Shown piece after piece: positions 36,357 through 45,564 of a DNA stretch of 57,216 nucleotides. The notes under the pieces were generated by a model. The model was not told where the DNA came from. It made no database searches and saw only the letters and a list, made by a program, of their open reading frames with translations. The stretch is from NCBI GenBank assembly GCA_047627635.1, contig JBLHTX010000001.1, forward strand, positions 1 through 57,216, in the 5' to 3' direction. This stretch comes from Alphaproteobacteria bacterium. GTDB taxonomy: Bacteria; Pseudomonadota; Alphaproteobacteria; JBCCNR01. Position numbers and translations under genes: made by a program. Numbering within the stretch: position 1 is the first letter of the stretch; each line of letters starts with the position of its first letter.

Positions 36357-37466
36357 TCATACTTTTTTTAATTTCAGCATTTCTGCAATAATAAGGTCAC
36401 CCATTTCATGCGTACCAGTGATAACAGAATTTGCGTTGGCAATATCACCAGTGCGGATATTTTGCGCCAATAAATTGGCAACCGATTGTTCAATCATGTC
36501 AGCCAATTCAGATAAATCAAACGAATAACGCAGTGCCATCGCAAAGCTTAAAATCATGGCAATAGGATTTGCTTTGTTTTGCCCTGCAATATCGGGCGCT
36601 GAGCCATGCACAGGCTCGTACATTGCGTGCTGTTTACCGTTTGCTTGTTTTGCCCCTAGTGATGCAGAGGGGAGCATTCCAAGTGACCCTGTTAGCATTG
36701 CCGCAACATCGGAGAGAATATCGCCAAATAAATTATCGGTAACAATTACGTCAAATTGCTTGGGATTGCGGACTAATTGCATGGCGGCATTATCGGCATA
36801 CATGTGCGATAAATCAATATTTTGATAAGATGCTTGGTGCAGTTTAATCATTTCTTCACGCCATAAAACGCCCGATTGCATAACATTGGCTTTTTCACAT
36901 GAAACTAATCGCCCTTGACGCTTTGCGGCCAGTTCAAAGGCAACACGCCCAATGCGTTCAATTTCGGGGCTTGTGTAAATTTGGGTGTCTATGCCTGTTT
37001 TTGAGCCGTCAGCATTGACAGTAATTCCCCTAGGCTCTCCAAAATAAACACCGCCTGTTAATTCACGCACAATCATAATGTCAAGCCCTGCAATAATGTC
37101 ATGCTTAAGGGATGATGATTCAGCCAAAGCGTCAAAGCAAATGGCAGGGCGTAAATTGGCAAATAATTCAAGCTCTTTACGAAGGCGTAACAAGCCACGC
37201 TCGGGCTTATGTTCAAAGGGGATATTGTCCCATTGTGGCCCACCAACTGCCCCTAATAAAACAGCATCGGCGGCCTTTGCTTTTTCTAAAACCGCATCAG
37301 AGCAGGGGCTGCCATAGGCATCATAGCCTGTGCCACCAACTTTATCTTGTGTGATTTGAAAATCGGTTTTGAAGTTTGTATTCAGGCAGTCGATGATTTT
37401 AATGACTTCATTGGCGATTTCTTGTCCAATGCCGTCACCCGGTAAAAGGAGTATATTGTGGGTCAT
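36357..37466 (-). CDS. leuB: 3-isopropylmalate dehydrogenase
   Basis: 369 aa with [11 protein letters not shown], the [13 protein letters not shown] signature and NLFGDILSD. Confidence 0.97.
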   Translation of the reverse strand: MTHNILLLPGDGIGQEIANEVIKIIDCLNTNFKTDFQITQDKVGGTGYDAYGSPCSDAVLEKAKAADAVLLGAVGGPQWDNIPFEHKPERGLLRLRKELELFANLRPAICFDALAESSSLKHDIIAGLDIMIVRELTGGVYFGEPRGITVNADGSKTGIDTQIYTSPEIERIGRVAFELAAKRQGRLVSCEKANVMQSGVLWREEMIKLHQASYQNIDLSHMYADNAAMQLVRNPKQFDVIVTDNLFGDILSDVAAMLTGSLGMLPSASLGAKQANGKQHAMYEPVHGSAPDIAGQNKANPIAMILSFAMALRYSFDLSELADMIEQSVANLLAQNIRTGDIANANSVITGTHEMGDLIIAEMLKLKKV

Positions 37467-37647
37467 ATTTTAAATATCCAAATTGCATAATTTTTTTAAT
37501 ATTGCCTCATTAGCATAGTTTCGCAGCATAAATAAAGGCTAAAGCGTTATCTTTTGCGTTTTAAGTGCTTTTTTTCTTGTTATTTTCAGAAAAACATTAT
37601 ATCGGAAACAAGAATTTAATTGTTTTATATTCACAAAGGAGAAGTTT

Positions 37648-38673
37648 ATGTCATTTACCGAACAATTACAATCTGTGGCCCTCGAATTAGGGGCAAAAGG
37701 ACGCGGTATTCTTGCCGCTGACGAATCTACATCAACCATTGGGAAACGTCTTGCGTCGATCAATCTTGAGAATAACGAAGTGAATAGCCGCACTTATCGT
37801 GATTTATTGTTCCGCACTGGTGGATTCGGTAAATATGTTTCTGGCGTGATTTTATTTGATGAAACATTCAATCAAAAAGCCCTTGGTGGTCGCACAAAAA
37901 TGATAGAGCTGATTCAAAAAGCACGCTCTATGGCTGGTATCAAAGTTGATTGTGGCGTAAGACCACTGACAAATTTTGAAGGCGAAACAGTTACCGAAGG
38001 GCTTGATGGCCTGCGTGAGCGTTTAAAAAACTATGCAGCCAATGGGGCAACTTTTGCTAAATGGCGCGGCGTTGTTTGTATTAACGGCACACATATTCCC
38101 TCTTATTATAGCATTAAAGCCAATGCCGAAGCCCTTGCGCGTTATGCCGCTTTGTGCCAAGAAGCAGGGATTGTGCCAATTGTTGAACCAGAAGTTTTAA
38201 TGGATGGCGATCACTCAATTGAGCGGTGTTATGAAGTAACTGAATTTACGCTTAATGCTGTTTTTAATGCACTTTATGACGCAAAAGTAATGCTTGAAGG
38301 CATTATCCTTAAACCAAATATGGTTATTTCAGGCATGAAAAATAAAAATCGTGCATCTGCTGAACAAGTTGCCGAACAAACAGTGAAATGCTTAAAATCA
38401 ACAGTGCCATCATCCGTGCCAACAGTTGCATTTTTATCAGGTGGGCAAAAAGATATTGAAGCCACTGAGCACTTAAATTTAATGAATGCAAATTATGATT
38501 TGCCTTGGAATTTAACATTCTCTTATGGACGTGCCTTACAAGCTGAATGTTTGAAAGCATGGGGCGGCAAGCCAGAAAATGTCAAAGCAGCACAAGCCGT
38601 TTTATTACATCGTTGTCGCATGAATTATTTGGCAGCAAAAGGGCAGTGGAACGCTGACCTTGAAAAAAACTAA
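37648..38673 (+). CDS. fba: Fructose-bisphosphate aldolase, class I
   Basis: 341 aa with ILAADESTSTIGKRL and an LEGIILKPNMV region (the Schiff-base Lys region). AAGGAG lies 7 nt upstream. Confidence 0.95.
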   Translation: MSFTEQLQSVALELGAKGRGILAADESTSTIGKRLASINLENNEVNSRTYRDLLFRTGGFGKYVSGVILFDETFNQKALGGRTKMIELIQKARSMAGIKVDCGVRPLTNFEGETVTEGLDGLRERLKNYAANGATFAKWRGVVCINGTHIPSYYSIKANAEALARYAALCQEAGIVPIVEPEVLMDGDHSIERCYEVTEFTLNAVFNALYDAKVMLEGIILKPNMVISGMKNKNRASAEQVAEQTVKCLKSTVPSSVPTVAFLSGGQKDIEATEHLNLMNANYDLPWNLTFSYGRALQAECLKAWGGKPENVKAAQAVLLHRCRMNYLAAKGQWNADLEKN

Positions 38674-38685
38674 TTACCTTTGTTC

Positions 38686-38716
38686 AAAGTGTCTCATTGC
38701 TTTTTTGAGGCACTTT
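38686..38716 (+). terminator. Weak hairpin after fba
   Basis: aaagtgtctc, an 11-nt loop, then gaggcacttt (one G-U pair). The U-run sits in the loop rather than after the stem. Confidence 0.25.
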
Positions 38717-38769
38717 AAAATTCTATAATATTTTCTAGCCATTTATTGGGTTTTATCGTATAAAATATT

Positions 38770-38976
38770 ATGGAATATTTTACATACTTTTTAATTGCGT
38801 TTTTTGTTTTGCTCACTGTTGTCTCTCTTGGTTTCGGGCTGTATGGTCTGGTTAAGGGCGGCAAATTAAGTGGCGATTTTGCCAACAATATGATGCGTAA
38901 GCGGATTTTGTTTCAATTTCTTGCAGTTGTTGCCGCTATGTTATTTTTATATCTTATTGGTAAGGGGCCCGTTTAA
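38770..38976 (+). CDS. Twin-transmembrane-helix small protein (HIG1-domain-like)
   Basis: 68 aa with two TM helices joined by G.F.NNMMRKRILFQ, as in alphaproteobacterial HIG1 homologues. Confidence 0.7.
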   Translation: MEYFTYFLIAFFVLLTVVSLGFGLYGLVKGGKLSGDFANNMMRKRILFQFLAVVAAMLFLYLIGKGPV

Positions 38977-38977
38977 A

Positions 38978-39547
38978 ATGGTTGTGCTAACAAAAATATA
39001 TACAAAAACAGGCGATAAAGGAGAAACATCCTTGGGCGATGGTTCTCGTGAGCTTAAAAATCATGTCCGCATTGATGCTTATGGCACAGTGGATGAGGCA
39101 AATTCAGTGCTTGGTTTAGCCGCTTTATATGCAGACAAAACAGCGTTAAAAGATATAATCTATCATATTCAAAATGATTTGTTTGATTGCGGTGCCGATT
39201 TATGCGTACCAGAAACCGATCAAGATTTAGGCTATACTCCGTTACGAATGACGGCCGAACAAACCCTTTATCTTGAGAAACAAATTGATTTTCTTAATCA
39301 AGATTTGCCAAATTTAACATCGTTTATTTTGCCTGGCGGGACACATCTTGCGGGGCATTTACATCATGCACGCACAATTGTGCGTCGTGGTGAACGGCTT
39401 GTTGTGCAATTAATGCAACAAGAAACCATTAATGATGCGATTATTACATATTTGAACAGGCTCTCCGATTTTCTGTTTGTTGCTGCACGCTATGATAATT
39501 TTCATGCTCATGGTGATATATTATGGGTCGTTGGTAAAAATCGTTAA
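38978..39547 (+). CDS. ATP:cob(I)alamin adenosyltransferase, PduO type
   Basis: 189 aa from the ATG at 38978, with an N-terminal KIYTKTGDKGETSL motif. Confidence 0.9.
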   Translation: MVVLTKIYTKTGDKGETSLGDGSRELKNHVRIDAYGTVDEANSVLGLAALYADKTALKDIIYHIQNDLFDCGADLCVPETDQDLGYTPLRMTAEQTLYLEKQIDFLNQDLPNLTSFILPGGTHLAGHLHHARTIVRRGERLVVQLMQQETINDAIITYLNRLSDFLFVAARYDNFHAHGDILWVVGKNR

Positions 39548-39804
39548 AATAAAAGTCAATATTCATTATCAAGTATTGAAGCATATCAATGTCCTTATGT
39601 TGTATTAAATAATGTTTGGGGAATTATACTCATAATGTATCATTCATCGACACATAAAGTCAAGGCATCGACAAAGCCCTTGATATGATTAGGAAACAGG
39701 CATAGAGACAGAAAAAGCTTAATAATAATGCCAAATAATAATCATTGATTTTTCAAATAAAACTGATATTTTTTATGAAATTTAATTCAAGAAAAAGATA
39801 AATA

Positions 39805-41049
39805 ATGCGAATTGCAATCATCGGTAGTGGTATTTCAGGGCTTGGTGCGGCTTATTATTTAGGCAAAAAACATGAAACAGTGCTGTATGAAGCCAATGAT
39901 TATTTGGGTGGACATACACGCACTAAAACGATTCTTTATGACACTGAGTCAATGTCGGTCGATACTGGGTTTATTGTGTATAATGAAAAAAACTATCCGC
40001 ATTTAACGGCTTTGTTTAAAACATTGGGCGTTGTTACTAACAAAAGCGATATGTCATTTGGCACATCGGTCAATGATGGTGAATTTGAGTGGTCGGGTCG
40101 AAATTTACTGGGTGTTTTTGCACAAAAGTCGAATTTCTTTAAGCCTTGGTTCTATCGTATGTTGGCAGATATTAAGAAATTTAACGATCATGGCACACAA
40201 TCAGTCACCAATATTCAGCATAATCAGCTTAGTCTAGGGAGTTTTCTTGATGGCTTGAATTTGTCTGATGCATTTATGAATTATTATTTATTGCCAATGG
40301 CTGGGGCAATCTGGAGCTGTCCCCCTCAAAAAATGCGAGAATTTCCAGCAAAATCATTTCTAACTTTTTTCCATAATCACGGTCTGCTAACAATAACGCA
40401 ACAACCCCAATGGTACACGGTACAAGGCGGTGCAAAAAATTATGTTGAGAAAATTGTCGAGGCAACCCAAAATTGTGAAGTCCGATTAAATGCACCTGTG
40501 AAAAATGTGATAAGAAGCGGTGAGACCGTGTTTTTAATCGATGCATTGGGCAATCGTGAAGCTTTTGACAAGGTCGTGTTTGCGTGCCACGGTGATACAA
40601 CTTTTAAAATGCTTGAAAATCCTGATCCCCAAGAGATTGATGCCCTTAAGTCAATACAGTTTCAACCCAATAAAGTTGTGTTGCATCGTGATATATCGCA
40701 AATGCCAAAACGCAAAGCAGCATGGGCATCCTGGGTTTATCAGTCGGACACAAGCAAAACCGAGCATGATATTGCTGTGACATATCACATGAATAGATTG
40801 CAAACCACATTGCCGCAAAATAAACCTTTATTTGTAACGCTTAACCCGATTAAAGATATTCCCGATCATTTAATTTTTGACCAAGTAACCCTTGATCATC
40901 CGATTTTTACTGCGGATACTTTGGCATCACAAAATAAAATTGCTGTGTTACAAGGTCATAAAAATTGCTATTATGCTGGTGCATGGACAGGATATGGATT
41001 CCATGAGGATGGCTTGCGGTCAGCGATTAATGTTGCAAATTTATTATGA
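39805..41049 (+). CDS. FAD/NAD(P)-binding amine-oxidase-like oxidoreductase (COG2907-like)
   Basis: 414 aa with the dinucleotide motif IAIIGSGISGLGAAYYL followed by EA.DYLGGHT. Confidence 0.85.
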   Translation: MRIAIIGSGISGLGAAYYLGKKHETVLYEANDYLGGHTRTKTILYDTESMSVDTGFIVYNEKNYPHLTALFKTLGVVTNKSDMSFGTSVNDGEFEWSGRNLLGVFAQKSNFFKPWFYRMLADIKKFNDHGTQSVTNIQHNQLSLGSFLDGLNLSDAFMNYYLLPMAGAIWSCPPQKMREFPAKSFLTFFHNHGLLTITQQPQWYTVQGGAKNYVEKIVEATQNCEVRLNAPVKNVIRSGETVFLIDALGNREAFDKVVFACHGDTTFKMLENPDPQEIDALKSIQFQPNKVVLHRDISQMPKRKAAWASWVYQSDTSKTEHDIAVTYHMNRLQTTLPQNKPLFVTLNPIKDIPDHLIFDQVTLDHPIFTADTLASQNKIAVLQGHKNCYYAGAWTGYGFHEDGLRSAINVANLL

Positions 41050-42681
41050 TACTTTGGCTTTTTTAGATTTTTTCTTTTCTTTTTTCTCTTGCTTGCGACC
41101 ATCACGACGAGATTGAATGGTGAAATCACGATAATCTTGCAGATCGCCATCAAAATGTTCGCACTTACCATCACGCACAAGCCAAAGACGATCGGCAACA
41201 CGTTCCACCATATTCGGATCATGACTAACGATAACAATTGCACCCTCGTAATTATTCAGGGCATGAACCAAAGCTTCACGAGCATCAATGTCTAAATGGT
41301 TTGTTGGCTCATCAAGCAGTAATAAATGCGGTGCATCGAAACTCATAAAGGCAAATAATAAACGCGCTTTTTCGCCACCACTAAGGGATTTAATCGTATT
41401 ATCGGAAAGGGTTCGAGGGAAACCGAACGCCCCTAATTTGGCACGCACATTTGATTCTTTAATATCTGGATAGGTCTTACCCATCAAGGACATCATTTCT
41501 TGGAAGGGCGTGGATTCCACATCAAGCTCTTCGGTTTGATGCTGTGAGAAATAGCCAATTCTTAATTTTGTTGACCGAAATACTTCACCATTTAAGGGCT
41601 CAAGCTTATCGGCAATCAATTTCATAAGCGTCGATTTACCGTTCCCATTGGCACCAAGCAAAGCAATACGATCATCGTTACCGATACTTTCATAGACTTT
41701 GTTCAAAATCGGCTCACCTTGGGCATAGCCAATATCAGCATTCGAGATTGTCATCATAGGTGATGCGATTTCTTTGGGGCTAGGAAAAGTAAAATGAATT
41801 GCACGATCGGCAATAACGGCATCAACAATATTCATTCTTTCAAGCGCCTTCACACGACTTTGTGCTTGACTGGCCTTAGAGGCTTGGGCTTTGAAGCGAT
41901 CAACAAATTTTTGCATATGTGCACGTTCGGCACTTTGTTTTTCAAACATTTTTTGCTGTAAACCCATTGCCTCGGCACGTTCACGCTCGAACGTGTCATA
42001 GTTTCCTGTATAGACTTTAAGTTTTTGACGATCCACATGAACCACATGGTCAATACATTTATTCAGCACTTCCCGATCATGGGAAATAATCAGCAAAGTA
42101 TGGGGATAATTAATCAAATAAGTCTCAAGCCACATAATGGCTTCAAGGTCTAAATGGTTTGTTGGCTCATCAAGGAGCAAAATTTCAGGTTCAACAAACA
42201 ACGCCGCCGCCAAGGCAACGCGCATCCGCCACCCCCCACTAAAGGATGAGAAAGGCTCGCTTAATTGGGATTCCTTAAAGCCAAGCCCTGTTAAAAGCTG
42301 TGATGCTTTTGCTGGTGCTGAATAGGCATCAATCTCATCAAGGCGCTCATAAATTTCGGCAATTTTATTTGGATCTTCTTCGCTTACGGTGCGTTTCCAA
42401 AGTTCGGCCATCTCTTCATTGGCTTCAAGTACAAGATCAAGTAAACAGGTATCTGTTTCTGGAATGTCTTGCCTAACCATGCCCATGCGTTGTGATTTGG
42501 AAAATGAAATTTTGCCGCCATCAGGTTTTAAATCGCCTGAAATTAGCTTGAACAAGGTTGATTTTCCAGCACCGTTCAGCCCAACGATACCCACACGCCA
42601 ATTATCCATAATGCTTACGGAGCAATCATCGAGGATTGTGCGTCCTCCAATTTTATAGGTTAGGTCTGATATCGTAAGCAT
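41044..42681 (-). CDS. ABC-F family ATPase (soluble tandem NBDs, translation-factor class)
   Basis: 545 aa with two Walker A motifs (GLNGAGKST, GANGNGKST) and two signatures (FSGGWRMR, LSGGEKAR). It has no TM domain and a Lys-rich C-terminal tail. Its stop region overlaps the convergent 39805-41049 gene by 6 nt. Confidence 0.93.
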   Translation of the reverse strand: MLTISDLTYKIGGRTILDDCSVSIMDNWRVGIVGLNGAGKSTLFKLISGDLKPDGGKISFSKSQRMGMVRQDIPETDTCLLDLVLEANEEMAELWKRTVSEEDPNKIAEIYERLDEIDAYSAPAKASQLLTGLGFKESQLSEPFSSFSGGWRMRVALAAALFVEPEILLLDEPTNHLDLEAIMWLETYLINYPHTLLIISHDREVLNKCIDHVVHVDRQKLKVYTGNYDTFERERAEAMGLQQKMFEKQSAERAHMQKFVDRFKAQASKASQAQSRVKALERMNIVDAVIADRAIHFTFPSPKEIASPMMTISNADIGYAQGEPILNKVYESIGNDDRIALLGANGNGKSTLMKLIADKLEPLNGEVFRSTKLRIGYFSQHQTEELDVESTPFQEMMSLMGKTYPDIKESNVRAKLGAFGFPRTLSDNTIKSLSGGEKARLLFAFMSFDAPHLLLLDEPTNHLDIDAREALVHALNNYEGAIVIVSHDPNMVERVADRLWLVRDGKCEHFDGDLQDYRDFTIQSRRDGRKQEKKEKKKSKKAKVS

Positions 42682-42832
42682 TATTCATATTCCTTATAAC
42701 TTGTCTGCACCTTATGACATATATCATGCGGCAATGGAAGTGCTGAAAATAAGAAAATAGTGATAAAATTCTATCTTTTTGCAGGCAAATACTATAATAG
42801 ATAGCTTGTTTTGCATTAAGGAAAAAAATAAT

Positions 42833-44491
42833 ATGATTGGGAACCTTAATAAATTTGATTTATTGCGTGAAATAAAACGTATTTTCTTTATTTTAATCGG
42901 TAGCGATAGAAAATTCATCTGGGTCGCGGTTTTTTATGGCTTCAGTATTAGCTTGCTCACTTTGGCTGTGCCTGTTTGCGTGCAAGTCCTCATTAACTCG
43001 GTGGCCTATACGGCATCACGTGAAGCCGTTATTATTTTATCAGGTCTGTTATTGGCATTGTTGTTATGTTCAGGGTTTTTAGTTGCAGTGCAATCTTACA
43101 TTCTTGAGCTATTTGAACGGCGGGTTTATGCCCGTTTATCCTCTGAAATCACCTTGTTAAATATACTCACCGATCATCAATATTCTGAAAATACTGATAA
43201 ATCGGATTTAACGAATCGTTATTTCGATATTATGACTGTGCAAAAAAATGTACCTAGTTTGATTGTTGGGCTTTTTGCGTTTTTCTTGCAAACTATTGTT
43301 GGTATTTTGGTTGTGTCTTCTTATCATTCATTTTTATTGCTTTTTAATGCCTGCTTTGTTGCCCTTGTTATTTTAATTTGGCGCGTATGGGGCTATGATG
43401 CCTTGTTTGCTGCGGTTAAAACATCGGATGCAAAATATAAGACTGCACAACATCTAGAGAATATCGCCCGTGACCATGATTATTTTTCATCACACTCCCA
43501 TAGTCAATATGCAACCGAAAAGACCGATAATTTAGTAGAAAAATATTTAAAATATCGCAAAGTTTATTTTGGCTTAACATTCAGACAGCAAATTTCATTC
43601 CTAGCACTTTATGCATTCTCAAGTGCTGGATTGCTTGGGATCGGTGGCATGATTGTGATTGACGGTCAAATTACGCTTGGGCAGCTTGTATCTGCTGAGC
43701 TTATTTTGTCAGCGATTTTTTATGGGGCTATTCAATTAAATTATAGTCTCACCAGTTTTTATGAATTAGGGGCGGCACTCGAGGAAATATATCGGATTTA
43801 TCAAATGCCGTTTGAAAAAAGTGAGGGGCAACTTCCTGCTCCGACTGAAGCATTTGATGTTCAATTTTATAATGCAAAATTTTTTGACGACAATGAAGCG
43901 CCACTTTATTTTAATTTTACCATTCAAGCGGGACACAAAGTTATTGTGACCTGTGCAACGCATAAAATACAACAATCAATTATGCAAACAATCATGCGTT
44001 ATCAAGATGTTCAATCGGGACGCATTTTATTGGGGGGGCAAGATATTCGGGATATTAATCCGCGTAAATTGCGTGATGTGATTGTTATTTTGGATAAAAT
44101 AACAGTATTTAACGCAACAATTCGTGAATATTTAACGCTGAATAAAAATGATATTAAATCTAGCGATATTTATAACGTGCTTGAAATTGTTGGTTTAAAT
44201 CTAGTGATTGATAAATTGGATCACGGCATTGATGCCAGTATGTCAGTGGGCGGCTATCCATTTTCACCATCAGAGGTTTTACAGCTCAAGCTTGCATCTA
44301 TTTTACTGCTTAAACCCAAGGCTATTATTTTAAATCAGCTTTTTGATATTGTACCAGTTAACGTACAGCGCCATATTTTTTCACGACTCAAAGAAATTGA
44401 TACTTTGACAATTATTTATTTTTCTAATCGTGACCATAACAATACCGCTGATATTTTTGATGAATATCTTTATATTAACGGAGAGCAATAA
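42833..44491 (+). CDS. Type-I-secretion-family ABC exporter homologue (six-TM domain plus NBD-like domain) with all ATPase motifs degenerate
   Basis: 552 aa from the ATG at 42833, with AAGGA 10 nt upstream. The ORF track starts at a TTG at 42779. The TMD resembles PrtD/HlyB (LLTLAVPVCVQVLINSV). In the NBD, Walker A reads TCATHKIQQ (43949-43975), the signature reads FSPSE (44258-44272) and Walker B reads AIILNQ (44321-44338). There is no GK[ST], LSGG or hhhhDE motif anywhere in the protein. Confidence 0.85.
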   Translation: MIGNLNKFDLLREIKRIFFILIGSDRKFIWVAVFYGFSISLLTLAVPVCVQVLINSVAYTASREAVIILSGLLLALLLCSGFLVAVQSYILELFERRVYARLSSEITLLNILTDHQYSENTDKSDLTNRYFDIMTVQKNVPSLIVGLFAFFLQTIVGILVVSSYHSFLLLFNACFVALVILIWRVWGYDALFAAVKTSDAKYKTAQHLENIARDHDYFSSHSHSQYATEKTDNLVEKYLKYRKVYFGLTFRQQISFLALYAFSSAGLLGIGGMIVIDGQITLGQLVSAELILSAIFYGAIQLNYSLTSFYELGAALEEIYRIYQMPFEKSEGQLPAPTEAFDVQFYNAKFFDDNEAPLYFNFTIQAGHKVIVTCATHKIQQSIMQTIMRYQDVQSGRILLGGQDIRDINPRKLRDVIVILDKITVFNATIREYLTLNKNDIKSSDIYNVLEIVGLNLVIDKLDHGIDASMSVGGYPFSPSEVLQLKLASILLLKPKAIILNQLFDIVPVNVQRHIFSRLKEIDTLTIIYFSNRDHNNTADIFDEYLYINGEQ

Positions 44492-44493
44492 TT

Positions 44494-45555
44494 ATGGCCC
44501 AAGAACCAAAACCATTATCTTCAGAATATAAATTTAAATCTTATAACACCATTAAAGTGCCGCGTATTATTTGGCATATTACCTTTATCCTTATTTTTAT
44601 CACAGTGTTTTCAATTTTTATGTTAACAGTTACGCCCTGGATTCAAACAGCTTTTGGTAATGGTGTTGTCACCGCAATTGACCCAAGTGAGCGGGTGCAA
44701 AATGTGACTGCCCAAGTTAAAGGACGAATTAAAAATTGGTACGTCTATGAGGGTGATATCGTTAAAGCAGGCGAGCCACTTGTTGAAATTGTTGATAATG
44801 ACATGAATCTTATTCAGCGTTTAACCGATCAACGTAATGCCTATCAAAGCAGTTATAATGCCATAAGGGCGGCCACGCAAACAGCACGCCTTAATTATCA
44901 ACGACAACAAAAATTATATACCGATGGCTTGTCTTCCAAGCTTGATGTTGAAAAATCAAAAATTGACTATGAAAAATATATTTCTGAACAGCAAAAATCA
45001 CAAGTCATGCTTCAACAATCAGAAACCAAGCTATCACAGCAATCTGCCCAAATTATTACTGCACCCCGTGATGGTATGATTGTTAAAATTACGGCAGGGA
45101 ATTTAGCAACTTCGGTCAAGGTTGGCGATATATTAGCCACATTAGTGCCCTCTAATATCGAGCCTGCTGTTGCCCTTTATATGCACGGCATCGATATTGC
45201 GTTAATTTATGCAGGGCGTAAAGTACGCTTGCAGTTTGAAGGGTGGCCCAGCGTTCAGTTTAGCGGTTGGCCAAGTACGGCAATTGGTACATTTGGCGGC
45301 GTTGTGGCGTCAGTCGATCCAATGGTATCTATGAATGGGCGGTTTCGGATTCTTGTTAAGCCCGATCCAGACGATAAGCCATGGCCTAAAAACCGCTATT
45401 TACATTATGGTGCAAGGGTCAAAGGGTATGTATTGCTTGAGAAAGTCAAATTGGCCTATGAGTTTTGGCGACAATTAAATGCATTTCCGCCCGAGTATGT
45501 TGCAAACCCAAAAGCAGATGATGGGATTAGAAAAAGTAAAAAATTTAAAAAATAA
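44494..45555 (+). CDS. HlyD-family membrane fusion (periplasmic adaptor) protein
   Basis: 353 aa with an N-terminal TM anchor, a lipoyl-like hairpin (V.AQVKGRI..W.V.EGD.VKAGEPLVEI), a coiled-coil region and a beta-barrel domain. It begins 2 nt after the ABC gene. Confidence 0.9.
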   Translation: MAQEPKPLSSEYKFKSYNTIKVPRIIWHITFILIFITVFSIFMLTVTPWIQTAFGNGVVTAIDPSERVQNVTAQVKGRIKNWYVYEGDIVKAGEPLVEIVDNDMNLIQRLTDQRNAYQSSYNAIRAATQTARLNYQRQQKLYTDGLSSKLDVEKSKIDYEKYISEQQKSQVMLQQSETKLSQQSAQIITAPRDGMIVKITAGNLATSVKVGDILATLVPSNIEPAVALYMHGIDIALIYAGRKVRLQFEGWPSVQFSGWPSTAIGTFGGVVASVDPMVSMNGRFRILVKPDPDDKPWPKNRYLHYGARVKGYVLLEKVKLAYEFWRQLNAFPPEYVANPKADDGIRKSKKFKK

Positions 45556-45564
45556 GAGAAAATA

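Noticed and set aside
37539-37793. An 84-aa minus-strand ORF in the leuB-fba intergenic region, running into the fba start.
   Set aside because: It overlaps the fba start and Shine-Dalgarno region in antisense, and I found no recognisable motifs or ribosome-binding site.
39548-39804. The 257-bp gap before the FAD oxidoreductase gene, and the 348-bp gap at 16726-17073, examined for riboswitches or small RNAs.
   Set aside because: Only short, weak stems (6-7 bp) were found, with no conserved riboswitch cores recognisable by eye. A covariance-model scan (Rfam/Infernal) would be needed.
41044-42681. The ABC-F ATPase considered as the missing energiser of the degenerate ABC exporter encoded divergently next to it.
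   Set aside because: ABC-F proteins are soluble tandem-NBD translation factors with no known transporter coupling. The adjacency is most simply coincidental. I mention it only as something an interaction test could exclude.
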